Shown: piece by piece, positions 16,486-27,200 of the stretch
Layout of the letters: each line of letters begins with the position of its first letter
Position numbering within the stretch: the stretch's first letter is position 1
Origin: a virus
Taxonomy: Duplodnaviria > Caudoviricetes
IMG/VR virus record: IMGVR_UViG_3300000439_000009
Coordinates: 32,001-96,000 of that record
Direction: 5' to 3' (one strand)
DNA length: 64,000 nucleotides
The notes under the pieces: model-generated
The model's database searches: none
Seen by the model: only the letters and a program-made list of their open reading frames with translations
What the model was told of the DNA's origin: nothing
Position numbers and translations under genes: made by a program

Positions 16486-17607
16486 TTACTTAACTGCTGC
16501 AAACTTGTACTTCTTAGCCTGAGCGTTATACTTAGCAACTAGTGCAAGATAAGCCTTATTAAGAGTAGCAAGGTCAGAAGCATGTGTTGCCTTCTCGAGT
16601 GTAAGGGCAGTTGTAGCAGCATCTAGGGCAGACTTTGCATCTGCTGATGCCTTATCTGATGCTACCTTATCGGCTGCACGTCCTGCTTTTTCTGCTGTAA
16701 GGGCTGCAAGGTCATTAGCATGTGCCACCTTTTCTGCTGCAAGTGCAGCATCTGAACTAGCCTTTGCAGAATTTGCTGCTGCAAGCTGTGCATTCAATGC
16801 AACAATCTGTGCACCAAGATCAGATACATTAAATGTTGCAATTGCTGACTTGACTGCTGCAGGAAGACCTGTTGCAGTTGCTGCGATTGAAGCATCTGTT
16901 GCAACTACGGTCACTGATCCCGCTACTGCTGTAGCAAGTGTTCCTGTTGCTGATCCTAGTACTGTGACTGGAGTTACTCCTGCTGCAGATGTTACAGAAG
17001 CAGTTGTAAGGGTCTTTGTAATTGATGCATCAGAGAATGTTGCACCGATCAAAGTTACAGAAACAGCCTCAGATGCAACTGGGTTTCCAAATACGTCTGT
17101 TGCTGAAACAGAAATTGTTGGAATAGTTCCGACTGATGTTGCTGAAGGGACTGCGACTGCAACGTTTGCTGCAACGCCTGCTGTACCCTTAATGTAAACA
17201 ATTGTTGAATATGCACCATTTGTAATGGTAACTGATCCAACAGAAGTTGAAGTTGTGTATGCATATACTGTCACTGCAGCACCTGTTGATGTTACAGAAA
17301 TTGATGATGTGCCTGATGCAACAGAAACTGGTGCAAGGGTTGTGTTCAATGCTGAAACAAGCTTTACGCCTGATGCAACAAATGAAACTGATGTTGCAGT
17401 ATCTGCTGTAGCAGCAAGTGCTACGGTATTTGATGAATCAATTACATTTGATACTGGGACGGCTACTGATACTGGAGCAGTCGCTGTTGTTGTGTTTGTT
17501 GATCCAGCAACAGTTACCGCAAGCGGTGCTGCATGTGCTGAAGTTGAGATGCCTGCGATTGCAAGAGCTGCAGCTGCTGCAATAGCGATCTTCTTTGTTA
17601 CGTTCAT
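16486..17607 (-). CDS. Secreted Ala/Thr/Val-rich protein (Ig-like beta region plus C-terminal coiled coil)
   Basis: Signal peptide ending AHA; ATDVFGNPV Big-1-like motif. Confidence 0.7.
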   Translation of the reverse strand: MNVTKKIAIAAAAALAIAGISTSAHAAPLAVTVAGSTNTTTATAPVSVAVPVSNVIDSSNTVALAATADTATSVSFVASGVKLVSALNTTLAPVSVASGTSSISVTSTGAAVTVYAYTTSTSVGSVTITNGAYSTIVYIKGTAGVAANVAVAVPSATSVGTIPTISVSATDVFGNPVASEAVSVTLIGATFSDASITKTLTTASVTSAAGVTPVTVLGSATGTLATAVAGSVTVVATDASIAATATGLPAAVKSAIATFNVSDLGAQIVALNAQLAAANSAKASSDAALAAEKVAHANDLAALTAEKAGRAADKVASDKASADAKSALDAATTALTLEKATHASDLATLNKAYLALVAKYNAQAKKYKFAAVK

Positions 17608-17629
17608 TGTTTTCCTTTTCTTTAGTAGG

Positions 17630-17875
17630 TTATTTTCCTAGGTTTTTACCTAATAGTTTAGGCAAATCTAACATTCCCTGCTTTAGGGCATCAAGCTCTT
17701 TTTTAAGCTTGGCATTTTCTTTGCGAAGGTCTTCCGCAATAGATTCTATTCTATCACATTGTATTTGTTTTGTCTCTATGGCTTCAATATACCAGCTTAA
17801 TTTTTGCTGAGAATCATGATATAAAGACTCATAATCAATCTTAGTTTTATTACTCTTCAGTAACTTAAGTTTCAT
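17630..17875 (-). CDS. Coiled-coil hypothetical protein
   Basis: Heptad pattern. Confidence 0.55.
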   Translation of the reverse strand: MKLKLLKSNKTKIDYESLYHDSQQKLSWYIEAIETKQIQCDRIESIAEDLRKENAKLKKELDALKQGMLDLPKLLGKNLGK

Positions 17876-17880
17876 AATCC

Positions 17881-19722
17881 CTACAATATTGTAAAATTGT
17901 CTACAAAACCAGTTTCTGGATTTGGTTCTTCATCTTCTATACCAAGATAATCTTTTAGGCTTGCTGGCATATATCTGATATTTGGAGCTTTGATAGTGTT
18001 ATCTTGCTTTACATCTGATGGGCTCCCGACCACTTCTTCATCAAATGCATCATAGGAGTAAACTTGGATTTCTCCATCTCCCTTTGGTGTTAATGATATC
18101 GCATTAAAAATTGCACCGCAAGTAGCATCTGCAAGGTCTTTAGAACCTTTGCGTGGGTGATCAACCTTATCCCTTTTAACAATTCTTAATTCAAGTAATT
18201 CATCAATAATTAAAGGTAATCTAGGACCAGTTAATCTTTCTTCCATTACGCATAAAAGCATATCTTCATAGTGTTTTTTAGCCACAGAAAGGACTTCACA
18301 GTTCATTCCGTATGATTTTAACTGCTCCATCATGTCAAAAGAATTCCATCGGTCAAATGTAACTCTACGAATATTAAATCCTCTTTGTTTTAAACTAATT
18401 ATATAGTTCTTAACATCTGTAAAGTCAACAGACTTTTCTTTAGTAGGAGTCCAATATCTGATTGCATCAACAACTACAAATGGTTGTGCATCTGTATATG
18501 CGCCAGATAGTTTCATAGTAACCCACTTATCTACATGTGCCATTGATACTGCACAATGGTCATGCTTTTGTGCTAAGTCAACGTGTATATAATATGACTT
18601 TTCTGGATCTGGCACAAACCATTCTTTAAATGCATTATTTTCATCAAGGGCTATGTTTAAATTGCTAAATGCAGTTTCAACTTTTTCACGGGAATGGAAA
18701 AGTGCATCAATAGCTTCAGGAGGCATACATGCAAAACGAGATAGGGCATCTATAGGATCTGAATAGAAGTTCATAGCTAAATCTTCAATTTTAATTGTTG
18801 GGTTAATCTCCCATGTGGGACGCTTTAATGCAAATACTCTAGGCACATTATAGTTAAGGATATGATCTTCTTCCCATTCAATTGAGAATTCATTACCTTC
18901 AGTCCCCTCTGGTAAATCTTCATCTACTTTAAAAGTATGTGTACGAACTATAACTTCTTTATCTGCAACTACTTCATTATATCTTTGTTGAATATAATCA
19001 TTTTTAAAACGTGGGAATGAAAGAAGAATTACCTTTCCAAATTGTGGAAAACGAGAGTCTACAGATCCTCTAAACATCTTATAGATTGCAGAAGCAGTTT
19101 TAGATTGTTCATTACCGCTTGTTGAATCTAAATCAAAACCTGAAATTTCGTCAAGCACTGCAAATAAAAGGTTGTAACCCTCCCAAGATTCTCTTTGAGA
19201 GTGACCAGAGTGAACGGTAATTGCTTTGTCAAAAGCAATACTTCCCATCTTTGCTTCATATTTGCCATCAAACCAACGGCATCGTGTTATTCTGTTTTTA
19301 AAACCTTTAAAAAAAACCTGTTGTGCCTGTATAGCGTTTACCGCAACGTTAATAATATCAATGGAGTCTCCTGGAGGTTTGCCATAATATCTGGCTGGAT
19401 CTTTAAGACAAAGCAATAAATAAACTACATACGAACACGCAATAGTTGAAGTATAGTCTTTTCCAGAACCTTTTCCCAGCTGGAAGATAACTTCATTACA
19501 AGTTTGCCCCCATCTTTTTGCTCCATCTTCTTCTCCGTATAACTTAATTAATGTTTCTTTTTTATAAATTTGAGTTGATGCTTTGATCATTTGATATTGA
19601 TATTGTGAAAGTGGTGGCAAAGCAAGATAGTCTTTTGAAGTTACAAACTCCTCAATTTCTACTGGGGTTTCTTCAAAAGCATCTTCTTCAAGAGCACCTA
19701 AAAATTCACTAAAATCAGTCAA
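17881..19722 (-). CDS. terL: Terminase large subunit
   Basis: GKGSGKD Walker A, AVLDE Walker B, HVDLA and TFDRWNS nuclease motifs, KDLADA. Confidence 0.92.
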   Translation of the reverse strand: MTDFSEFLGALEEDAFEETPVEIEEFVTSKDYLALPPLSQYQYQMIKASTQIYKKETLIKLYGEEDGAKRWGQTCNEVIFQLGKGSGKDYTSTIACSYVVYLLLCLKDPARYYGKPPGDSIDIINVAVNAIQAQQVFFKGFKNRITRCRWFDGKYEAKMGSIAFDKAITVHSGHSQRESWEGYNLLFAVLDEISGFDLDSTSGNEQSKTASAIYKMFRGSVDSRFPQFGKVILLSFPRFKNDYIQQRYNEVVADKEVIVRTHTFKVDEDLPEGTEGNEFSIEWEEDHILNYNVPRVFALKRPTWEINPTIKIEDLAMNFYSDPIDALSRFACMPPEAIDALFHSREKVETAFSNLNIALDENNAFKEWFVPDPEKSYYIHVDLAQKHDHCAVSMAHVDKWVTMKLSGAYTDAQPFVVVDAIRYWTPTKEKSVDFTDVKNYIISLKQRGFNIRRVTFDRWNSFDMMEQLKSYGMNCEVLSVAKKHYEDMLLCVMEERLTGPRLPLIIDELLELRIVKRDKVDHPRKGSKDLADATCGAIFNAISLTPKGDGEIQVYSYDAFDEEVVGSPSDVKQDNTIKAPNIRYMPASLKDYLGIEDEEPNPETGFVDNFTIL

Positions 19723-20239
19723 CTGATATTACCTCTACCTGATTGGTTGCGGAGGATAGCCTTCTGGCAACTTCTTGCTTGCAGTTAGGACAAGATGAAG
19801 TAACATCTCTTAATATCCCTACAAGTATCTCTTGCTTGCGTTCTGTTTCAAGTATCTGATCTGCCATCTCATTCTTTTCAAGCACACCAGCTTTTTGTAG
19901 CATGTCAATTCTTTTTCCTTCTACATCCGCTATAAGCTTGAGGGATTGGGCTTTTACATTTAAAGCTTCTTGAGCATCTGCTTGCTCTACAGTATTCCAA
20001 GCCTCTTTAATAATCATCGAGTAATGTTGGTCCGCTGCACCAAGAGCTTCTCTGGCTCTTTCACGAATACCGCTATCTCCCTGCATAAGATCACGCCAAT
20101 TTGATAGCATTTGATTTACTTGCATAGGCTTTAACGAGAATGATTTTGCAATCTGATTTACATTGTTGCCTTTAATAAACTCAGCAACAACCTTATTCAT
20201 TTGCTCAAAATGATCTGAAAGTTCTATTACATTATCCAT
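19715..20239 (-). CDS. Probable terminase small subunit
   Basis: N-terminal HTH-like, helical, directly upstream of terL. Confidence 0.55.
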   Translation of the reverse strand: MDNVIELSDHFEQMNKVVAEFIKGNNVNQIAKSFSLKPMQVNQMLSNWRDLMQGDSGIRERAREALGAADQHYSMIIKEAWNTVEQADAQEALNVKAQSLKLIADVEGKRIDMLQKAGVLEKNEMADQILETERKQEILVGILRDVTSSCPNCKQEVARRLSSATNQVEVISVD

Positions 20240-20422
20240 TTATCTACCATTATCTGTTTTATAAAAGCCAGAACCTTTAAATTGGATCCCAGCTGGCGTA
20301 TATACTCTTACCATCTTATAACCGCAAGATTGACATGGCGGAATAACTTCAGGATCACTAAATGATCTAGTAACTTCTATTTTTTCTTCACACTCTACAC
20401 AGTTATATTCATAAACTGGCAC
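20240..20422 (-). CDS. FmdB-family Zn ribbon protein
   Basis: MPVYEYNCVEC...CQSCG...FKGSGFYKTD. Confidence 0.9.
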   Translation of the reverse strand: MPVYEYNCVECEEKIEVTRSFSDPEVIPPCQSCGYKMVRVYTPAGIQFKGSGFYKTDNGR

Positions 20423-20574
20423 TATCTGTTCCCTCTTTTTTGTATCCCGTATTTTTCTAAATATCTAACTATTGTCATATGGCTACATCCAGCTTCTTTT
20501 GCAAGTGTAACAATATCTTTACGCTCAACTACATAACGTTTGTAAAGCCAATCTTTAGATTCATATAGCTTCAT
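20422..20574 (-). CDS. Small HTH protein (50 aa, not in ORF track)
   Basis: MKLYESKDWLYKRYVVERKDIVTLAKEAGCSHMTIVRYLEKYGI. Confidence 0.7.
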   Translation of the reverse strand: MKLYESKDWLYKRYVVERKDIVTLAKEAGCSHMTIVRYLEKYGIQKRGNR

Positions 20575-21101
20575 ATAGCTTCATTTACTGCCCACCAAGC
20601 AATACCCACTGAGTCTGTAACGTTATTGTTATCAGTATTAACTCCTAGAGTTTTAGCAAACTCAATAGTTTTTTGCTTCCTTAGTTCTCTAACTTTGTTT
20701 TTATACCAAGATTCTGTTTTTCCTGGAAAATCTTTCTTGACTGATTCTTTTTCAGCTTTTGTAAAATTAGGATTGTTGATGTAGCCCTGCCACTTAAGTG
20801 GGTGGACTTCAATAACTGTTGTATCATCGTCCATCAACTCCCCCATTATTGTACCAAACATGTAAGCCATCTTTAGTCCAGTAGCCACAGACTTAACAGA
20901 AACTGCAGCCTCTATACATATTATATCATAATCTAACTTACTTTTTAATGCTCTGACTTTGCGTTTAGCATCTAAGATTCTTTCATAAACACTAGATCCA
21001 TGAAAAACAATCTCTCCCCATTTAACTGGCTTCTTTCCTGACATTAAGCAGAAAGCTATGCTATTTGTGCTTGAGTCTATACCTAGAACTCTACTTTCCA
21101 T
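20571..21101 (-). CDS. RuvC-like Holliday junction resolvase
   Basis: VLGIDSS, ICIE, DSVGIA. Confidence 0.8.
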   Translation of the reverse strand: MESRVLGIDSSTNSIAFCLMSGKKPVKWGEIVFHGSSVYERILDAKRKVRALKSKLDYDIICIEAAVSVKSVATGLKMAYMFGTIMGELMDDDTTVIEVHPLKWQGYINNPNFTKAEKESVKKDFPGKTESWYKNKVRELRKQKTIEFAKTLGVNTDNNNVTDSVGIAWWAVNEAI

Positions 21102-21372
21102 TTAACATATCCAATAAGCCCTGACGTTCTTTTTCTTTATCTTTAGCCTTGCATACTTCACAAACTTCATCAGTAGTAAATCTATTTAATACCTGCTTAC
21201 ACCCACGTGTTTTGCAAGTAAACTTTTCTCCTGAAAGTCTAGCTTTTTTATAGTAATACTTTTCTTTTATTTTAATATTAGTAGCAATCTTGCAGCATTC
21301 GTCTGAGCAATATTTCTGATTGTGTGTCTTAGGCTTAAATTCATTTACGCAACCATTATTAGAACATATCAT
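21091..21372 (-). CDS. Cys-rich Zn-finger protein
   Basis: C...GC..EF...HNQKYCSDEC, C...GC, CEVC. Confidence 0.7.
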   Translation of the reverse strand: MICSNNGCVNEFKPKTHNQKYCSDECCKIATNIKIKEKYYYKKARLSGEKFTCKTRGCKQVLNRFTTDEVCEVCKAKDKEKERQGLLDMLNGK

Positions 21373-22151
21373 AAAGATGTCTCCATGGCGGGATACTCAA
21401 CTTCTCCCTCATCATTTTTCATATCTTTCCAGCAAACCTTTTTAACTGGACAATACTTGCAAGCACTTTGAGTTTTAGTAAAGGCTCTATTTGGCAATGT
21501 TTCAGCCAAATAAATATCATAGACACCACGAAGCCAATCAAAAACATAATCAATAAGCTTTTGGTTTTCTTCATTCATCTGAATGTTTATAAGAAGCAAA
21601 GATTGATCATTTTTGTTTTCATAAACAAAAACACCCTGATTATAACCCCACACTTTCATGTATGTTAAAAGTTGAATTCTATGGTTGTCCGACGGCTCTA
21701 GATCATATCTTTTAATAGAGTATTGTTCATCTTTAGCTGATTTAATTTCAAATGGAATCATAAGATCATTTTCAATATCTTGAACAAGACTATCCATATA
21801 TCCATGGATAGGAGGATCTTCATGCCAAGTATCTATTTCGTGAGCAATTACTTTGTAATTACCCGCCATTTTACTCATCCTGGACTGAATTCTGTCGTGA
21901 ACAAAGTTACCGTTCTCCATAGCAGCCTTTGCAGCGGGACCAGCAGTGTCTTCAAACTCTGCACCACTAAATGCTATGTACCAATATCTAGCACATTTGC
22001 CATGACCATAGCCTAAAGTGCTGGGAGAGAATGTTTTCTTTTCAGTAAACCCTGCTTTACTTTCATAAGTATTATTAAACTCTTCAATGAATCTTTTAGT
22101 ATCAAATCCATTTGGCTTCTTATGAATTTGCAGTGTTGTTATGCTTGCCAA
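21369..22151 (-). CDS. Cas4-like PD-(D/E)XK exonuclease
   Basis: C.RYW, G..VH, GYMD, EIKS, QLLTY, CKYCP.K..C. Confidence 0.85.
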   Translation of the reverse strand: MASITTLQIHKKPNGFDTKRFIEEFNNTYESKAGFTEKKTFSPSTLGYGHGKCARYWYIAFSGAEFEDTAGPAAKAAMENGNFVHDRIQSRMSKMAGNYKVIAHEIDTWHEDPPIHGYMDSLVQDIENDLMIPFEIKSAKDEQYSIKRYDLEPSDNHRIQLLTYMKVWGYNQGVFVYENKNDQSLLLINIQMNEENQKLIDYVFDWLRGVYDIYLAETLPNRAFTKTQSACKYCPVKKVCWKDMKNDEGEVEYPAMETSL

Positions 22152-22478
22152 TTAAACCCCATATCTGGCTGAATACTTTAAAGCATCAACTAGTTTATCT
22201 ACTGCTTCTGCTGCTGTGTAATATGCATTTTTCCTCTTAGAGGATTCCCCGCCTTTTTCAAAGGTGGTGTAGTAACGTGCTTGAATTGCAAACTTAGAAC
22301 TTATAGCCTGAAGTTTAACAATTAAGTCTGGAGCTTTGGTTGAAGGAACATCTGGCTTTGCAATTAGTTTAATTATTAAAGACATAGCTTCATCTAAATC
22401 TTTATCCTGCATATACTCAGAAAGATCGTTAAATTCCGTTACAGCACTTAGCTGCTCTAAGATTGTTGTTTCCGCCAT
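22152..22478 (-). CDS. Hypothetical helical protein in the recombination operon
   Basis: ORF context. Confidence 0.65.
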   Translation of the reverse strand: MAETTILEQLSAVTEFNDLSEYMQDKDLDEAMSLIIKLIAKPDVPSTKAPDLIVKLQAISSKFAIQARYYTTFEKGGESSKRKNAYYTAAEAVDKLVDALKYSARYGV

Positions 22479-22765
22479 GCTTCCTCCATCTGCTCAAATA
22501 ATGCCCATTCAATTACTGCAAGTCTTGTTTTTTGACCAGTCTCACCAAGTATAAGTTTAAGAACTGGATATTTTTCTCTAGAAACTTTGAACGTATCTGT
22601 ACATATCTTTGCCCAAATTTCTTTGCTAATAGAGATGGACTTTGAATATTCTTTATAGTCAACCACAAAATCATGCCATGTAGCATCTCCCTTTTGATAG
22701 TCCCCACGTCCAGAATTTTTTTGCGCTTTAGCACCATCTCTTTTTACTTCTCCACGCTCTGACAT
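22457..22765 (-). CDS. Small PD-(D/E)XK nuclease, resolvase-like
   Basis: NSGRG..KGD...VVDYKE. Confidence 0.65.
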   Translation of the reverse strand: MSERGEVKRDGAKAQKNSGRGDYQKGDATWHDFVVDYKEYSKSISISKEIWAKICTDTFKVSREKYPVLKLILGETGQKTRLAVIEWALFEQMEEAWRKQQS

Positions 22766-22766
22766 T

Positions 22767-22943
22767 TTATCCTAACTGATGTTCTGATCTATGACCTTGA
22801 GAGCATATCCAAAAAAACATTGCTTTGTTGTTGTCCCACCAAGCGTGATCCATATCTTCTTTGCAGTACTTACACCCGTAAGTACCAAATATCTTTTCAC
22901 ATCCTGGCTGATCTTTGCTTACAAAATTACTAAACTTACCCAT
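22767..22943 (-). CDS. Small Zn-binding protein (58 aa, not in ORF track)
   Basis: CKYC...WICSQGH. Confidence 0.65.
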   Translation of the reverse strand: MGKFSNFVSKDQPGCEKIFGTYGCKYCKEDMDHAWWDNNKAMFFWICSQGHRSEHQLG

Positions 22944-23934
22944 AAATATCTTCTTTTAACTTTTCTACCACATCGGGATTTTCTCTTAGATACTCCAAAG
23001 CTTTATTTCTTCCTTGGAATCTTTCTTCACCTATAGTATACCATGCGCCACCTTTTTGAATTTTGCCCATCATTTCAGCGCAATCTAAAACTTCTCCGAT
23101 GGCGTCAATGCCAAGGTTATCTCCTTGATAGTAAAAGTCGTATTGACCGCTCTGGCCCATCGGTCCAAGTTTATTATAGTCAACGATCCAGTTAACTGGC
23201 CTGCCAACCTTCTGTTCAATAATCTTGTCACCAACTTGGATTCCAGATTTAATAGCATTTGCTTCTGCTTCAGAAGACCAAAGCTTAACAATCGTACTGG
23301 AGAAAAACTTAACTGCCATGCCCCCAGTCGGGATATGCGACGCATGCATAGTACCAAACTGGTTTCTCTGCTGAGAAATAAGGACGAGTAGCGTATTTTT
23401 ATTTGCGTAGTTAAGCATTTTGACTGCATGTGTCATATCCTTTGCCTCAGCACCAATCTGTTTGGTATCTTCTAGCTTTTTAAGATCATTGCTATCTTTT
23501 TCAAAATAGATTGCTGGTAGCAACGCTGATATAGAATCAACTACAATTATATCAACACCTGCTGCCATAAGTTGGGTTGCAACGTCTACCATATCATTAA
23601 TACTTTTTGCAGAAGAATAAATAAGGGAAGATGAATCTACTCCTAATTCCGCTGCCCATGCTGGATCATAAGAAGACTCAGCATCAATCCAAGCACAAGT
23701 CTTTCCTTCTTTTTGAGCCATACCAATCATCTGCAAACAGAAAGAAGATTTACCAGCAGATTTATTTCCCCATATAAGAACTTGTCTGCCAAACCCCAAA
23801 CCACCCTTTAAAGCTAAAGTTAAACCAATACTTGGAGTTTTTTGTCTTTCTGAACTGACATCTGTAGCAAGCTGAATCCTTTGTCTAGTTTTTGGATCTA
23901 GACTTGCTAGTATCTTATCTGCTACTAATGTCAT
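22936..23934 (-). CDS. recA: RecA-like recombinase
   Basis: GNKSAGKS, WIDAE, IVVDS, SQQR, TGGMAVKF, GGAWY. Confidence 0.93.
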   Translation of the reverse strand: MTLVADKILASLDPKTRQRIQLATDVSSERQKTPSIGLTLALKGGLGFGRQVLIWGNKSAGKSSFCLQMIGMAQKEGKTCAWIDAESSYDPAWAAELGVDSSSLIYSSAKSINDMVDVATQLMAAGVDIIVVDSISALLPAIYFEKDSNDLKKLEDTKQIGAEAKDMTHAVKMLNYANKNTLLVLISQQRNQFGTMHASHIPTGGMAVKFFSSTIVKLWSSEAEANAIKSGIQVGDKIIEQKVGRPVNWIVDYNKLGPMGQSGQYDFYYQGDNLGIDAIGEVLDCAEMMGKIQKGGAWYTIGEERFQGRNKALEYLRENPDVVEKLKEDIYG

Positions 23935-23937
23935 ATT

Positions 23938-24210
23938 TTATTCTGCTAGCTCTTCAGCTGGTACTGAAGCAATGTCAACAAGATTGAATGTTACAGACTT
24001 ATCCTCAAGTTGATTTACTGCGATTGTTTTGTCTGCATAATTAGCAACTAAAGTATCTAGAGGAATATTAACTTCCCCAGTCTTACTAAGAATGGCTGCT
24101 AAAATCTGTTCAACACTAATGTTGACACCATCATTTGATGGCTGTGGCTGTGCTTCTACTGCATCTGCAATAGTAGATTCTACTGCTGACTGTGTTGTTT
24201 CATCTGTCAT
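23938..24210 (-). CDS. Acidic hypothetical protein
   Basis: ORF context. Confidence 0.6.
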   Translation of the reverse strand: MTDETTQSAVESTIADAVEAQPQPSNDGVNISVEQILAAILSKTGEVNIPLDTLVANYADKTIAVNQLEDKSVTFNLVDIASVPAEELAE

Positions 24211-27200
24211 TTTATATCCTTTACGAATTTAGTACCGTCATCCAATTCTGAAATAACGGGGGAACAGAAAGATCCTGCTTTCATCTTTCCTAATGCCAAC
24301 GTATAAGCTTTTGGAAAAGCTATTACACGGAACATCTCTTTTTGCCCATTGCAATATATGATGTGGGCCATCATCTTTTTTTGTTTTGTTTGATAGTGGG
24401 TAAAGTCAACCACATATGAGTCCTTATTATCTGGAATCTCAAATTCCTTAGTATGTAAATAGTTAATAAACGGATCATCTTTTTTCTCCACTACATCCAC
24501 TATTGTAACATATCTATGAATTCTATTATCGCCAACAAGGAAGAAATACATATTTCCCGTTTCAATTTGAGTATTCTCGCTATGAAAAATACCAATTGCT
24601 CCTGTGTCATCAACCAGCTCTACACGTGACCAACCCTTACCCTTTTTAATGGATTTAACCATTGCACAAAGAATAAACGTTCCTTCTTCAAGGAACTCTT
24701 CTAATGGAGTCACCTGAGATTTAATATGAGCTGTTATTCCACGAGTATCAAACTTTGGAATATTTAAATACTCATAATAATTTTCAGATTCTTTGCCAGT
24801 TCTCTGATTATCATCAAAAGTTGCTGCCCCTATAGCATTTAATGAATCTATTGCTCTTGAATTAATACCAGATTTCTTTTCCTGTGCCACTTCTAAAAGA
24901 TGAGCATAAGATTTATAAGGTCTAGCATTTATAAGTTTTTTGCCAATGGTTTCAGAAATAAACTTAATATCTGACAAACCAAATCTAATTGAGTTACCTT
25001 GAATTGTAAAATCTAATCCAGATTCATTTACATGGGGTAGTAATACCTTAATTCCCAATCGCTTAGCTTCGATGAGGTATTCTGTTCTGGTATCTTTATT
25101 TCCTTCATTTTTAAGGAGCGCAAATACAAACTCAGTTGGATAGTAATGCTTAAGCCAAGCAGTCCAATAGCTGACCATAGAATAAGCAACAGCGTGAGAA
25201 CGGTTAAAGGAATAACCAGCATGAGCTTCAAAATCATGCCATAGATGCTCAGCATCTTCCTTAGAAATATAACTTCTTGCCCCTTCGATGAACTTATCTT
25301 TGAATACATCAAATTCCTTTGCATCTTTCTTCTTACCAATAATCTTTCTAACTTTATCAGCCTCAGACCATGACATCCCGCCCAAGTGTACGCAAGCCTG
25401 CATAACCTGCTCCTGATAAATAATAACTCCGTATGTACGCTCTGTAAACGGCTTCATAATTGGATGTACGTAAGTCACCATCTTCTCACCACGCTTACGT
25501 GCTAGATACTCTGCACCCACAGTATTCATAGCTCCTGGTCTAACAAGAGCGTTTGATGCAACTAGATCTTCAAATGTATCAACACCCATTTTAATTAATA
25601 GGTTTGTGTACGGCGTTGCTTCAGCTTGGAATACACCCTTTGTAAAACCACCAGTTAGATCATCAAATACAAACTTATCATCTAAGGGCAACGCATTAAG
25701 ATCAATTGAAACCTTGTGCCTTTCCTTAACCATGTTAACTGTATCTTGAATTACTGATAATGTTTTTAAACCAAGAACGTCAAATTTAATAAGACCAATA
25801 TCTGCTGCCTGATCCATATCATAAGCAACTACTGGAACACGACCTGAAACATCTTCATCCTTGTCGCTTCTAGATTCGATTGGTGCGTACTTAGAAATAG
25901 GTTCTTTAGCAACTACAACTCCAGCAGCGTGAATTCCAACTGAACGGATTCTACCACGCAGTTCGGATGCAAACTTTAAAACTTCTGGATACTTTTGTTT
26001 AAACCAGTCTACATTCTTATTAGACTCAAACTCTTCAAATGTTTCTACACCCTTAAGTGCTTTGTTGATTTCTCCAAGCGGTACATCAAATACTCTTCCC
26101 GCATCTCTAACTACACCCTTATCTTTGAAATATTGATAGGTGGAGATTGAGGCAACATTCTTGAATTTCTTTCTCAAGAATTCTTTTACTTCTCCACGAC
26201 GGCGATCCATAAAATCTGTATCAATATCGGGGAAGTCATTACGTTCTGGGTTAATAAATCTAAAGAACAATAGATCATACTTAATAGGATCTACTTCTGT
26301 TATTCCTAGCAGGTAACAGACTAACGATCCTGCTGCTGATCCTCGCCCTGGACCAACCATGATTTCGTTTTCTTTAGCCCAACGTACCATGTCGCCAACA
26401 ACAAGAAAATAACTACTAAACTCTTTATCTTTGATGACTTGAAGCTCTTCTTCCAGTCTCTCTTTATATTGATCATTTTCTAATCCTTTTTCTTTTAATG
26501 TGTCATTACACATTTGAATTAACTGCTTGTGTGCATCTTTTTTAGGGTTAGGTAGTAACTGTAGGTTCTGATGGAACTCGTACTCTTCTACCTTATTAGC
26601 AATTTCTTGAGTATTGCTGTATATACTTTGATCCCAGCCATCGCCAAAATCAGATGAAATTTCTTTAAAACTTTGGATATAAACATTTATATCTTGAAAT
26701 GAAATAGGACGATCTGGATAAAGATGGTTTAATCTTTCAAAAACATCCTTGATCTTTTTACCAGATTCATAGTTAACACCTTCGGCAAGGTTTGGTTTAG
26801 TTGAAAGGATTAACAAAACTTCTTCTAAAGCTTTTTGATCTTTTGTTGCATAGTGGCAGTCACCAGTAGCAACCATCTTGATGCCGAGATCTTTAGATAT
26901 TAAAATTTGTCCATCATTAATTTCTTTATCATTGTGCGATTGCATCTCTAGATAGAAATCATCACCAAATCTATTCTTAAACCATCGGGCATATTCAAAA
27001 GCTTTATCCATATCATTGCGCTGGATAGCCTTTGCTATAAGTCCATTCATGCAACCAGACAAAACAATAAGACCATTGCCGTACTCATCTAGTACTTCAA
27101 GGTCAATTCTAGGCTTGCGGTAATAACCCTCTGTCCAAGCAATTTCAGATAGCTTCTGTAAATTCTTTAGACCTTCAGTATTTTTTGCAAGTAAAATGAT

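Noticed and set aside
21369-22151. Cas4-like gene as part of a CRISPR system
   Set aside because: No repeat-spacer array or other cas genes seen; stand-alone Cas4-like nucleases are common in phage recombination modules
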